From positions 1,184,001 to 1,248,000 of the forward strand of contig OZ219747.1 in assembly GCA_964291265.2 (NCBI GenBank): a stretch of 64,000 nucleotides of DNA. Direction: 5' to 3'. The stretch's first letter is position 1; every line of letters begins with the position of its first letter. Shown in pieces: positions 1 through 10,088 of this stretch. The DNA comes from Alphaproteobacteria bacterium. GTDB taxonomy: Bacteria; Pseudomonadota; Alphaproteobacteria; SP197. The notes beneath the pieces were generated by a model, which worked only from the letters and a program-made list of their open reading frames with translations, had not been told where the DNA came from and made no database searches. Position numbers and translations under genes: made by a program.

Positions 1-806
1 GGCACCATGGCCGCGGCGCCGAGCGCCGCCATGTTTCCCCAAGCTGTTCCGGTCGAGGTGACGAAACTCGATGAGACGACAGGAACCGTCTTGAGACCGG
101 TTTGCGTAAGGGTAAGGACGAAGACGAACTCCGTCCACGAAAAGATGAAACACAGGACTGCCGTGGCGGCGATCCCGCCCTTGGCCATCGGCAGGACCAC
201 GCGGCGAAAGATCAGCCAGCGCGAGGCGCCATCGATGAGGGCGCTTTCGTCGATCTCCTTCGGGATGTCGTCAAAGAAGCTCTTCAGAAGAAGCACCGCG
301 AGCGGCAGATTCATGACGGCGTGAACAAGGATGACGCCGAGATAGGTATCGATCAGACCCACGTCTTTGTAGATGAAGAACAACGGGATGGCGACGGCCA
401 CCGGTGGCATCATGCGTGTGGACAGCACCCAGCCGACGAAGGCGTGGCGTCCCCTGAACTCCATGCGCGACAGCCCGTAGGCGGCAAGCGTCGCGATCAT
501 GATGGAGAGTGCCGTCGAGCCAAGGGCGATGATGATCGAATCCCAGAGTCGCGGCGCCATGTAGAAGTTCCCGCCGCCCGGGAGGACTTCCTGTTGGTGG
601 AGGAAACCCAGGGAGACGCCGAACACTTCCTCGAAGTTCCGCACCGTCGGCTCGAACACCCAGACGGTGGGCGGCAGGTTGAAGATTTCCTTGGCGTTCT
701 TGAACGCCGTCGTGATCCAGTAGTAGAGCGGAAACATGAAGATTCCCACCACGGACCAGGCGGCGATCATGCTGGCGCGGCGCCGGGTTTTCGACTGCAC
801 GATCAC
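1..806 (-). CDS. Carbohydrate ABC transporter permease (MalG-like), runs off the left edge of the window
   Basis: Translated by hand (absent from ORF track): GTG at 806 overlaps the upstream TGA; reads VIVQSKTRRR...FPLYYWITTAFK...IPKEIDESALIDGASRWLIFRRVVLPMAKGG (EAA loop). Confidence 0.9.
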   Translation of the reverse strand, partial: MIVQSKTRRRASMIAAWSVVGIFMFPLYYWITTAFKNAKEIFNLPPTVWVFEPTVRNFEEVFGVSLGFLHQQEVLPGGGNFYMAPRLWDSIIIALGSTALSIMIATLAAYGLSRMEFRGRHAFVGWVLSTRMMPPVAVAIPLFFIYKDVGLIDTYLGVILVHAVMNLPLAVLLLKSFFDDIPKEIDESALIDGASRWLIFRRVVLPMAKGGIAATAVLCFIFSWTEFVFVLTLTQTGLKTVPVVSSSFVTSTGTAWGNMAALGAAAMV

Positions 807-1732
807 CAGCGTACCTTCGAAACGTAGATGAACAGGTTGGCAACCACGAGGATGATCACCAGGCTCACGAGACTGATTGACGCGCCGTAGCCCCACTTGA
901 TGAAGCTGAACGTCTGTTGCCACGAGTAGAGACTCAACACGTAGGTTGACGTGCCCGGCCCACCCGACGTCATGACGAAGACATAGTCGAACATGCGGAA
1001 CACATCGATGCCGCGGATCAGAACGGCAACGGCGATGACCTTCGACATCAGGGGAAGGGTGATGCGCAAGAAGGTCTGCAGCGCGGATGCGCCATCAAGC
1101 ATGGCCGCCTCGTAGGGTTCCGGCGGCAGCGACCGCAACCCGGCAAGGAAGATCAGAACCATGAATGGTGTCCACTGCCAGACATCGGCCACCATGACGC
1201 CGATCAGCGCGGTCGATGCGGTCGCCAGGATCGGCGACTGGCCGTCGAGAATGCCAACAGCTTCCAGCACGTACGTGAAGACACCGAACTCCGGATCCTG
1301 GAGCAACAGGAACATCATCCCCGTGATGGCCGGCGGAACCACGAGGGTCAGTGTCAGCAGGGCGCGCAGCACCCCGTAGCCGGGTGCATCGCTGTCAAGC
1401 AGCAGTGCAATCAGCATCCCGAGCACGAGCTGAACCGACAAGACGATGGCGAAGTACACGAAGGTGACGCTGACCGAACTCCAGAACCGGGCATCTTCCA
1501 GCAAGGTTGCCCAGTTGCTCCAGCCGACGTACTCGAGCCGCCGCTTGAAGGGGGCATACTCGTGGAAACTCAGCCACACGTTGTAGAACAGCGGATAGAT
1601 CGTGAAGAGAATCAGCAGCGCCAGCAACGGCGCGATCCACGGCAGGGGGCGATCCAGAGACAACGAGCGCCGCAGTCCGGCCTGCACGAGGCCGAACCGA
1701 GGTTCACGAACATCGCCTGTCGCGCAGGTCAC
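803..1732 (-). CDS. Sugar ABC transporter permease (MalF-like)
   Basis: Hydrophobic helices; ADVWQWTPF motif; EAA loop YEAAMLDGAS. Confidence 0.92.
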   Translation of the reverse strand: MTCATGDVREPRFGLVQAGLRRSLSLDRPLPWIAPLLALLILFTIYPLFYNVWLSFHEYAPFKRRLEYVGWSNWATLLEDARFWSSVSVTFVYFAIVLSVQLVLGMLIALLLDSDAPGYGVLRALLTLTLVVPPAITGMMFLLLQDPEFGVFTYVLEAVGILDGQSPILATASTALIGVMVADVWQWTPFMVLIFLAGLRSLPPEPYEAAMLDGASALQTFLRITLPLMSKVIAVAVLIRGIDVFRMFDYVFVMTSGGPGTSTYVLSLYSWQQTFSFIKWGYGASISLVSLVIILVVANLFIYVSKVRW

Positions 1733-2448
1733 ACCACCTGTTTCCGTGCAGGTGCCTTGCGGGACGACCGCACCTTGCCGGTCCCCGGGTTTCCCTGGTC
1801 CTGAACTCCGTATCCCGCAAAGGCCGCGATGGTCTCATCGATTTCGGTGTCGCTCAGCAGGACCGGGCCGCCAATCTGGAGCGTGAAGTAGTACTGCTTC
1901 GCAATGGTCTCAAGCTCGACGGCCCGCCACATTGCCCTGGCAAGCGTGTCGCCGATCGTGATCATGCCGTGGTTCGCCAGGAGGCAGGCGGTACGGTCCT
2001 TCATGGCAGCGACTGCCAGCAGGGACAAGTCGTCGGTCCCGAAGCGCCTGTAATCCGCGCAGCGCACACTGTTTCCGCCAAAGGAGGCAATCATGTAGTG
2101 GCAGGCCGGGATTTCCTTGCGAGCGATGGCAAGGGTCGTGCAGTAGGTCGGGTGCGCATGCACCACGGCACCGGCATCGGGTCGCTCGCGCATGATCCTG
2201 TGGTGAAACGGCCACTCCGTCGATGGCTTGAGGGGACCCTCCCAGGCGCCGCTGTCGTCGTCGAGTCGCATCGAAGCCACCATGTCGGGCGTCATCACGT
2301 CGTAGGGTATCGCCGAAGGCGATATGAGCATGCGGTCACCGAACCGCACCGAGATGTTGCCGGATGTCCCCTGGTTGATTCCGCTCGCGTTCATTTCGCG
2401 GCAACGCTCCACCAGCGCCTGTCGCAGTTCTTTCTCCGATTTGGTCAT
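1729..2448 (-). CDS. fucA: Class II aldolase, L-fuculose-1-phosphate aldolase-like
   Basis: GTSGNIS, PSTEWPFH, VVHAHP and LLANHG Zn-binding motifs; ATG 2448 follows a GAGGA RBS. Confidence 0.8.
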   Translation of the reverse strand: MTKSEKELRQALVERCREMNASGINQGTSGNISVRFGDRMLISPSAIPYDVMTPDMVASMRLDDDSGAWEGPLKPSTEWPFHHRIMRERPDAGAVVHAHPTYCTTLAIARKEIPACHYMIASFGGNSVRCADYRRFGTDDLSLLAVAAMKDRTACLLANHGMITIGDTLARAMWRAVELETIAKQYYFTLQIGGPVLLSDTEIDETIAAFAGYGVQDQGNPGTGKVRSSRKAPARKQVV

Positions 2449-3281
2449 GACATCCTCTTCTCTGGGAATATGATGGGGGCCATCGCCTTGCGGGCATCCA
2501 GGATGACCGCGGCGAGTTCGACGAAGCCGGCGCCGCCGCGAGACGGCGCAACGAAAGCAGGCTCGGCTTCCAGGCACCCGGCAAAATCGCGGACATTGGC
2601 CACGCCACAGGCATTGGGGAAATGACGAAACATCGGTGCGTCATTGGGGCTGTCGCCGCAGAACATGATGCGGTCGCGGTCGGCGTCCATGTCGACGGCC
2701 AGGACCTCCGATCCGAAGCGGCGCGTCATGGACAGCTTGTCATGGTCTCCGAACCAGCCGTTCACATGGATCGACGATACCTTGGCGACGGCGCCGTTTT
2801 CCTCGAAAATTTCCTTGATCCGCGCGACGGCTTCCGGGGGGAGCCGTCGGACGTCTTCACAATAGTCGATTGCAAGGTCGGCCTCCCGATAGGGCTGGTC
2901 GGCCGCAACGGCCGCACCGGGAACTTCGGAAAGAACCTGACGGCGAATGCTCTCCAGGTGGTCGCGGTTCGACATCCTGCGCGTCTCGCAGACGGCATAG
3001 ACCCTCCTCATCGTCCGCGCGCCCCCGTCATAGGCGAAGTAGAGCGCCCCGTTTTCCCCGACAACGCCGTCAATGGGCCAGAAGCGGGCGATCATGTCGC
3101 ACCAGCCGGCCGGCCGACCCGTGACGAGTGCCACCGCCAGCCCCTCCTCGTGGAGGCTCTCCAGTGCTCCATAGGCATCCGCCGGAAGACGACCATCCGT
3201 GGTCAGGGTATCGTCGATGTCCGCGAGGACAACAGCGATCATGGCCGCGGTCTCGGGCGGCATGTCGGCGAGTGCGCGCAC
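2445..3281 (-). CDS. HAD-IIB family hydrolase/phosphatase
   Basis: DIDDTLT motif I, VTGR motif II, GDSPND motif IV; GTG start overlaps the upstream TAG. Confidence 0.85.
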   Translation of the reverse strand: MRALADMPPETAAMIAVVLADIDDTLTTDGRLPADAYGALESLHEEGLAVALVTGRPAGWCDMIARFWPIDGVVGENGALYFAYDGGARTMRRVYAVCETRRMSNRDHLESIRRQVLSEVPGAAVAADQPYREADLAIDYCEDVRRLPPEAVARIKEIFEENGAVAKVSSIHVNGWFGDHDKLSMTRRFGSEVLAVDMDADRDRIMFCGDSPNDAPMFRHFPNACGVANVRDFAGCLEAEPAFVAPSRGGAGFVELAAVILDARKAMAPIIFPEKRMS

Positions 3282-4684
3282 TACGCCGCCTCGGCCGCAA
3301 AGTCGTCGAGAAGACCTGCATCGCAGGCGATGTCGACGAACGAGAAACGGTTCCTCATCTCGTGTGCATGTCGAACGGCCTCCCGGTAGAACGCTGCATC
3401 CAGCCCGAGTTCCGCGGCGGTGGTCGCGCCGCCCGCCGCTGCCAGTCGCTCGCGCATCGTCTCCACGGGAACGGAGAACGCAAGACACTCACGACGCAGG
3501 GCAGGCCAGATGTCCTGCAGTTTCTCGTTCAGCACGGCGGCCTTTGGTGCGTCGAGCCCCTTCTTCGCGTACTCCACGGCGCATGACCCGGCGACGTCCC
3601 GACCCATGCGCCGCGCCATGTCGTCCTCGTCGAAACGCGTGGGCCGCAGCGTCGGCGCCGTCGGCTGTTCAAGCAGCCACTGCTGCAACCGCGCCATCGT
3701 GATGCTGGCGACGCCGACCTGTTCGCCGTGCAGCGTGCCGGGATGCCGCTCCCGGGCGAAGCAGTCGATGTAGTGTGATATCTGGTGTTCGCTCATCGAC
3801 CCGTGATTCGAGACGCCCGTGAAACCGATGCCGAGACCCGACAGGGTCAGGCCGCGAACCAGGTAGCCTGTCGCCTCGATCTCGCCGCGACTGATGGCAG
3901 CGGCGCGGGCGTTCATGTCCATGTCGTTCTCGGCCGAGATGACATAGGGTTCGTCCCGGTAGAACGTCCCCAGCAAGCGATGCGACATCCACCAGTCGAT
4001 CCTGGCCACCGAGGTGCACAGGCAATCCCCGAAACCTGCAGCGGCCATGCGGGACGGTGCCTTCGCCATGGTCTCGAGTTCGAGAAAGACGCCTTTCGGT
4101 GCATGGGCTCCGAGTGACGTCCTCGGTCCACATCGCTGCCGCATCGAGGCGGTGGACGATGTGTAACCGTCCATAGACGCAGCCGTCCCGAAAACCGAGC
4201 AACTCCGCCCGTCCTGCGCGGTGACGAACTTGCAGAGGTCATTGATCGTGCCGGAGCCGACGGCAACGAGATGGTCGGCGTGACGGACTCGGTCGGCCAG
4301 TGCCGCGGCGGTATCGAAGTCCGCATGCAATGTCTTCCCGAGAACCACCTCACTTGCCGCGAGGCCACCGGTCAGGCAGGCCTCATGCACACGTCGCCCA
4401 AGAATCTCCCAGGTGTTGGCGTCCGCAACGACCGCAACGGCCTTCGCCGCGTTGCCGAGAGCGCGCAGCAGCCCGGCCTCGACGCCCTGCAAGGTCTCGG
4501 CGATCACGATGTTCTCGATGGGACTCCGGGGGGCGTTCCTGCCGGTCGCCGGGTTCACCCAGCGACCGAGGTAGATGTCGTCGATCAGCGCAGTCCAGCC
4601 ACCGGTTGGACCGGGCCCGTCAGAACGGGAAGGAGCGGGCTTCACCTCAGGCGTCCCATCGCCGGGTTGTCTGACGATATGCAT
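3281..4684 (-). CDS. sn-glycerol-1-phosphate dehydrogenase-like (AraM/EgsA; dehydroquinate-synthase-like fold) polyol-phosphate dehydrogenase
   Basis: GSGTINDLCK, TAASMDGYTS, SMSEHQISH and LHGEQVG motifs; start approximate, and the N-terminal ~240 aa of the 710-aa ORF look spurious. Confidence 0.8.
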   Translation of the reverse strand: MHIVRQPGDGTPEVKPAPSRSDGPGPTGGWTALIDDIYLGRWVNPATGRNAPRSPIENIVIAETLQGVEAGLLRALGNAAKAVAVVADANTWEILGRRVHEACLTGGLAASEVVLGKTLHADFDTAAALADRVRHADHLVAVGSGTINDLCKFVTAQDGRSCSVFGTAASMDGYTSSTASMRQRCGPRTSLGAHAPKGVFLELETMAKAPSRMAAAGFGDCLCTSVARIDWWMSHRLLGTFYRDEPYVISAENDMDMNARAAAISRGEIEATGYLVRGLTLSGLGIGFTGVSNHGSMSEHQISHYIDCFARERHPGTLHGEQVGVASITMARLQQWLLEQPTAPTLRPTRFDEDDMARRMGRDVAGSCAVEYAKKGLDAPKAAVLNEKLQDIWPALRRECLAFSVPVETMRERLAAAGGATTAAELGLDAAFYREAVRHAHEMRNRFSFVDIACDAGLLDDFAAEAA

Positions 4685-4765
4685 GGGCGGAATCCCGCGT
4701 GTTGTCAATTGATGTCTTCCGATATCCCTTGACAATCGCATGCACGTGCGGAGTGTCTTCCCGTC

Positions 4766-5581
4766 ATGATGCCAGTGGCGACACAGGGGGACAGGCATGT
4801 CGCCGAGCCTCCAGGCGGCATTCATCGGTGGTGTGCCGATGCCCGAGCGACCCGGAATCATGTCGAGAAGACCGTGCGTGTGCTCCTGTCGCCGGCGATG
4901 GCAGGTGACGGTCAGCCGGAACAGGTTGCCGACCGTACGTCTGATTCCGACAAGCCCTCCGCGCTCCCTGACCTCGATGCGCCGCCGGCAACCGAGGAGG
5001 CGGTCATGTTGCGGCACCGATCCGGACCGGCCGCCCGGGTACCTGCACCTCATATGCGGCTCGACCTCGTGACCGGAGCGCGCGGAAACGGACGACACCA
5101 AGACTGCAGGCCTCGGGAAATGCCCTGGATGATGAAGACTCCTTGCGGAGCGTCCATCGCAGCCGCCGCCTGCCGCCATCACCGTGCGGTTGTCCTCACG
5201 AACCCGGATGTCCGTGGACCTCGGCCACCGTTGGCGGAACCGATCCGACGACGGCATGTCGAACATCCGGGCGTCCGTGAACTCGTGGTCCGCGACGTGG
5301 CCGAACTGACCCACGACGGACACCGGTCCGATGCCTTGAAGCCGGCTGGTTCGACCGTCGATCACGCCGGGGCAATGTGGCGCCGACGATCGAGAGGTGG
5401 CCGATGCGATCACGACATTGCCATGGCTTCCCGCGAGCTGCGTGCGGCGCTAACGCGCTTATGCGTCACGGGAGAAACCGCAAGGTGCAAGGCTGTCCGG
5501 GACACGCCAACAGGTGAGTACGCTGCCCTCCCGAGGAGCGATGCGGCGACGGCCCAACGCCTGCCGGGGCGAACGACATGA
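4766..5581 (+). pseudogene. Possible decayed HAD-IIA phosphatase remnant
   Basis: Stop overlaps the kinase start (ATGA); only faint motif echoes (KTVRVLLS, VVLTNPD..PR); no intact DxD. Confidence 0.25.
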
Positions 5582-7125
5582 GCAGAAGCAGCGACCTGGT
5601 GGTCGGTCTTGACAGTTCCACCCAATCGACCAAGGCCATTGCATGGACGCGCGAGGGCAAGGCGGTCGCCGAGGGACGGGCGCCGGTTCCGATGTCGACG
5701 CCGCGCCCCGGCTGGTTCGAACAGGATGTCGAAGACTGGTGGTCCTCGGCCTGTACGGCGTTGACGAAGATGACAGCGGCCATCGACCCCGGTCGCATTG
5801 CGGGTCTTGCGGTCTCCAACCAGAGAGAGACCGTGGCTCTGGTCGATTCCGCTTTGTGCGCGACGCGTCCGGCCATGGTATGGCTCGACGAACGCGCCCG
5901 AGACGAGGTGCGGCTGCTCACCGACGAGTTCGATGGTGATCGCCTGCATGCAATCACGGGCAAGCCGCCTGACGTGACACCGGTCGTCTACAGGTTGAGC
6001 TGGCTGCGTCGCCACGAGCCCGCAAGCCTCGACAGGGCCGCGAAAATTCTCGATGTCCACGGCTTTCTGACGGGCCGCCTGACCGGCCGGGCGGTGGCAA
6101 GCTGGACCAGTGCCGACCCGTTCGGCATCTTCGATATCAAAGCCAGGAGGTGGTCGGCGCCGATCCTGTCGCATCTGGAACTCGACGCAACGCGATTCCC
6201 CGGTCTCGAATCTCCGGGGGCGATGGTCGGCCGCGTTGGCAAGGAGGTGGTGGCACAGACAGGACTGACAGCCGGCACGCCCGTCTTCGCGGCAGGCGGC
6301 GACGGTCAGTGCGCGGGCCTGGGCGTCAATGCCGTGCGGAAAGGCGTCGTCTACCTCAATCTCGGGACCGCGATCATCACCGGCGCCTGGTCGGCGACGC
6401 CGCGCATCGGCCGGGCGTGGCGGACCATGACGTCTCCCGACGGCGAGGGTTACTTTCTGGAAGGCGTGCAACGGGCAGGAGCCTTCTTCATCGACTGGTT
6501 CGTCGACACCTTCGCCGAGGGTCGAGACGATCCCGGGGTGTTCGCCAGACTGGAGGAACGTGCCGCGTCGCTGCCGATCGGGTCGGACGGGGTCGTGGTG
6601 TGTTCGTATCTTTCGGGATGCATGGACCCGCATTGGGATCCCGATGCCCGTGCCGCCTTTCTCGGCCTCGCGCCCCGACATGGGCTGGCACATCTCTACC
6701 GTGCCAGTCTGGAAGCGCTGACGCTCGAAACAGCACGTTGCATTGCTGCCATGCGGTCCGACGGCCTGTCGCCGGAGCGTATTCTTGCTGTCGGAGGCGG
6801 CGCGAACAGCGATCTCTGGTCGCAGATGATCGCCGATGCGACTGGTCTTCCTCTGACAAGGAGCAGGAGCCTCGAAGCATCATCGCTTGGCGCCGCCATC
6901 ACCGCTGCAGTCGGTGCCGGGTGGTTCCCGGGCTTTGCCGAGGCCGCATCGGCCATGTCAGGGAACGGTGAGACGCGATTGCCGGACAGCAAGGTCAGAA
7001 CGAAGTGGATGTCCCTGCTGGAGCGGCAGGCGCGGGTCTATCCCGACGCAGCACGCAGCGGAATCGGCCTTCATCCAGCAGTGAGCGATGTGTTTCGAGA
7101 TCTCGAGAACGACGCAGGTTCGTGA
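5578..7125 (+). CDS. FGGY-family carbohydrate kinase (xylulokinase/pentulose kinase-like)
   Basis: VGLDSSTQSTK, SNQRET, GGDGQCAGLG and VGGGANS motifs. Confidence 0.9.
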   Translation: MSRSSDLVVGLDSSTQSTKAIAWTREGKAVAEGRAPVPMSTPRPGWFEQDVEDWWSSACTALTKMTAAIDPGRIAGLAVSNQRETVALVDSALCATRPAMVWLDERARDEVRLLTDEFDGDRLHAITGKPPDVTPVVYRLSWLRRHEPASLDRAAKILDVHGFLTGRLTGRAVASWTSADPFGIFDIKARRWSAPILSHLELDATRFPGLESPGAMVGRVGKEVVAQTGLTAGTPVFAAGGDGQCAGLGVNAVRKGVVYLNLGTAIITGAWSATPRIGRAWRTMTSPDGEGYFLEGVQRAGAFFIDWFVDTFAEGRDDPGVFARLEERAASLPIGSDGVVVCSYLSGCMDPHWDPDARAAFLGLAPRHGLAHLYRASLEALTLETARCIAAMRSDGLSPERILAVGGGANSDLWSQMIADATGLPLTRSRSLEASSLGAAITAAVGAGWFPGFAEAASAMSGNGETRLPDSKVRTKWMSLLERQARVYPDAARSGIGLHPAVSDVFRDLENDAGS

Positions 7126-7487
7126 TCGTTCATCTGCATCATGATTCGGGGCGCTTCGAAGCTTGATGCCACACCGCAAGTCGACCCGTGCCTCGGGAAT
7201 GTTCTGGAATGAGTGTCCCCGTATTCAGCGGGTTCACCAGGTCGTGGAGCGCCTGTTCACCGGAATCGCATGACCCGAAGTCGGCAAGGTGACCCACGGT
7301 GCGCCGTCGCTGGCACGCCCTTTGCGGATGTCGACGAACCGGAAGGAACGCCGGGCCCTGTGCGGCAGACTGGGCAAGCACGGGACCCCTGCTGCGCCTC
7401 GCTCGCAAGGTGATGGGAGGGATCGAAGAACGATACCACGCACGACGCCAGACAGGATCGCAAGGAATGGGCGTGGAATCGGCATGG

Positions 7488-7527
7488 TTGACAAGGTGCC
7501 TGCAATATATTCTGCTACAGAAATATT
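7488..7527 (+). promoter_or_regulatory. Putative promoter (-35 TTGACA) with an AT-rich imperfect palindrome, candidate operator
   Basis: TTGACA at 7488-7493; AATATATTCTG-cta-CAGAAATATT at 7504-7527, AT-rich in a GC-rich background, ~30 bp upstream of the regulator; -10 not clearly assigned. Confidence 0.45.
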
Positions 7528-7555
7528 TTTCGGGGATCGGGTTTCGGTGACGCGG

Positions 7556-8551
7556 ATGGAAACATCGCCTCGTGTACATCGCGAAAGCGAATACGTCGCT
7601 CGGGCCGCCTGGCTCCACTTCGTCGGCGGCCTGACGCAGAGCGAGGTCGCAAGGCGCCTGTCGATTTCCTCGAGCCGTGCACATCGTCATATCGCACGGG
7701 CGCAGGCCAGCGGCCTGGTGCGGGTCTTTGTCGATGCCAGGGCCGAATCCTGCATGGCGGTCGAGAGCACACTCATGAGGCGCTTCAACCTCGCACGATG
7801 CCATGTCGCGATGGAAGTCCCCGAGGAAGGGTCCCTGCCATTGGTGGCGCTCGGTGTCACGGGGGCGGACTTTCTCATGCAGGCGATCGCTTCTGATCGG
7901 CATCGCGTGATCGGTGTGGGCAATGGACGGACGATCGCCGCAGCGGTGAACGCGATGGTGCGGATGCATGCACCGGGAGTTCGCTTCGTGTCCATGCTCG
8001 GGGGGCTGACCAGGTCCTTTGCCGCCAACCCCTACGACGTCATTCACCGCCTGGCGCGAAAGACCGATGCCGAGGCCTACCTGATGCCCGCGCCGCTCTA
8101 TGCGGACACACCCGAGGACAAGCAGATGATGATGGCCCAGAGCGCCATCGCCACCACCATGGATCTCATGGCGCAGGCCAGCCTCATGGTGGTCGGCGTC
8201 GGAAATCTCGACCATGTCGCCGGCGCCACGCCGACGACCGCGGTTCGAGGAAAACGGGAAATCCACGAACTCCGTGGGGCGGGTGCACGGGCGGAGATCA
8301 TCGGACAGTTTCTCGACGCATCCGGCGCCATCATGAAGACCCGGCACGATGCCTGCGCCATGGCCCCTGCTCTCGAGACCCTGCGAGGACGGGACATCGT
8401 GGCCATGGCGGGAGGGGCCGGCAAGAGCGAGGCGGTGCTGGCGGCTCTCAGGAGCGGCCTGCTGACCGGATTGATCACCGACGAGGCGACCGCAAGACGC
8501 ATCGTCGATGATTCGCAGGCGGATGAACCGACTGCGGAACGGCAAGACTGA
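7556..8551 (+). CDS. Sugar-binding transcriptional regulator (SorC/EryD type)
   Basis: N-terminal HTH ARAAWLHFVGGLTQSEVARRL; GVGNGRT; AGGAGKSEAVLAALRSG...LITDE. Confidence 0.9.
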   Translation: METSPRVHRESEYVARAAWLHFVGGLTQSEVARRLSISSSRAHRHIARAQASGLVRVFVDARAESCMAVESTLMRRFNLARCHVAMEVPEEGSLPLVALGVTGADFLMQAIASDRHRVIGVGNGRTIAAAVNAMVRMHAPGVRFVSMLGGLTRSFAANPYDVIHRLARKTDAEAYLMPAPLYADTPEDKQMMMAQSAIATTMDLMAQASLMVVGVGNLDHVAGATPTTAVRGKREIHELRGAGARAEIIGQFLDASGAIMKTRHDACAMAPALETLRGRDIVAMAGGAGKSEAVLAALRSGLLTGLITDEATARRIVDDSQADEPTAERQD

Positions 8552-8569
8552 ACAACGGAGGAGAGATTC

Positions 8570-10009
8570 ATGCACGACAAGGAAAAGGACCTGATCAAGG
8601 CATTCCGGCGCGGCCAGATGGACCGCCGCGAGCTGGTCAGGGGTCTGGGAATGCTGGGCGTGACCGCCACCACGGCCGGCACACTGACGAACCTGGTTGA
8701 AACGCAAGCCCTGGCAGCCAATTTCGACTGGATGAAGCATGCGGGCAAGAGCATCAAGCTGTTGCTCAACAAGCATCCCTATACGGATGCGATGCTTGCC
8801 AACCTTGACAACTTCAAGTCCCTCACGGGGATGGAGGTCAGCTACGACATCTTTCCCGAAGATGTCTATTTCGACAAGGTGACGGCCGCACTGTCCTCGC
8901 GATCCAGCGAGTACGACGCCTTCATGACCGGGGCGTACATGACGTGGACATACGGTCCGGCGGGGTGGATTGTCGATCATAACGAATGGATCATGGACGA
9001 CTCCAGGACCAACCCGGATTACGGCTGGTCCGACATGATCGAGGGTGTGCGCAGATCCTGTGCCTGGAACGGACGGCCGGGGGGAGAACTCGGTTCGGAG
9101 GATGCACGGCAGTGGTGCATTCCCTGGGGCTATGAACAGAACAATCTCACCTACAATGCCGTCATGCTGGACAGCGTCGGCGTGGAAGTACCCACCGATC
9201 TTGACGAATTGCTGGACGCGGCAGCCAGGGCACAGGCCGGAATCGATGGCATCTATGGCATCGGTGTTCGTGGATCACGCAGCTGGGCGACGATCCACCC
9301 GGGCTTCCTCTCGGCCTACGCCAATCTTGGCGAGACAGACCTCAACATCTCTGACGACGGCAGGCTTTCGGCGGCCATGAACACAGGCACCTCGAAGGCG
9401 TTCCATGCCAAGTGGGTCAAGATGATCCAGGATTCCGGTGCCGCTGATTGGTCCACTCACACCTGGTATCAGGTGGGAACCGATCTCGGCGCCGGCAAGT
9501 CGGCGATGATCTATGACGCGGACATCCTCGGTTACTTCATGAACGGGGGAGACAACGCCATGGCGGGGCAATTGGCCTATGCTCCGTTTGCCGCGTCCGG
9601 CAATGGCGCACCGACGCCGAACATCTGGATCTGGTCACTCGCCATGTCGGCCTTCTCCAGGGACCTCGATGCGACATGGTACTTCATGCAGTGGGCGTCC
9701 GGTACCGAGCACGGGCTGTTCGGCGCACGGGAAATGGACTTTGTCAATCCAGTGCGGCAGTCGGTCTGGGATGATCCAATGTTCCGCGACCGCATTGCCC
9801 GGAGCTATCCGGGCTATGTCGAGATGCACGATGTCTCCGCGCCCGGTGCAGCGATCAAGTTCACGGCGCAACCGCTGTTCTTCGACCTGACGACCGAATG
9901 GGCGGCAACGCTGCAGAAGATGGTTGCCAACGAGGTGCCTGTTGACGAAGGCCTTGACCAACTGGCCGAGAGTGTCGACCGTCAACTGAAGGACGCCGGA
10001 CTGGGCTGA
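8570..10009 (+). CDS. Polyol/sugar ABC transporter substrate-binding protein (MptA-like), Tat-type signal
   Basis: MDRRELVRGL twin-arginine leader; strong GGAGGAG RBS; first gene of an ABC operon. Confidence 0.9.
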   Translation: MHDKEKDLIKAFRRGQMDRRELVRGLGMLGVTATTAGTLTNLVETQALAANFDWMKHAGKSIKLLLNKHPYTDAMLANLDNFKSLTGMEVSYDIFPEDVYFDKVTAALSSRSSEYDAFMTGAYMTWTYGPAGWIVDHNEWIMDDSRTNPDYGWSDMIEGVRRSCAWNGRPGGELGSEDARQWCIPWGYEQNNLTYNAVMLDSVGVEVPTDLDELLDAAARAQAGIDGIYGIGVRGSRSWATIHPGFLSAYANLGETDLNISDDGRLSAAMNTGTSKAFHAKWVKMIQDSGAADWSTHTWYQVGTDLGAGKSAMIYDADILGYFMNGGDNAMAGQLAYAPFAASGNGAPTPNIWIWSLAMSAFSRDLDATWYFMQWASGTEHGLFGAREMDFVNPVRQSVWDDPMFRDRIARSYPGYVEMHDVSAPGAAIKFTAQPLFFDLTTEWAATLQKMVANEVPVDEGLDQLAESVDRQLKDAGLG

Positions 10010-10036
10010 GGGCCCGACCGGCACGGCAGACAGTCA

Positions 10037-10063
10037 CCTCCCCCGGTGTCAGTCCGGGGGAGG
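10037..10063 (+). terminator. GC-rich stem-loop after the SBP gene (attenuator or mRNA stabiliser)
   Basis: CCTCCCCCGG-tgtcagt-CCGGGGGAGG inverted repeat; no U-tract. Confidence 0.5.
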
Positions 10064-10088
10064 CTGCTCCAGCGAACGAGCCAGGCAC

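Noticed and set aside
4685-5413. N-terminal extension making a 710-aa dehydrogenase fusion
   Set aside because: Arg/Pro-rich and motif-free; family similarity begins only near 4600-4684
7139-8980. Long antisense ORFs (e.g. 7139-8980, 17135-18670, 37991-40252, 56225-57868)
   Set aside because: They are shadows of real genes on the opposite strand, as expected at high GC, with no recognisable motifs
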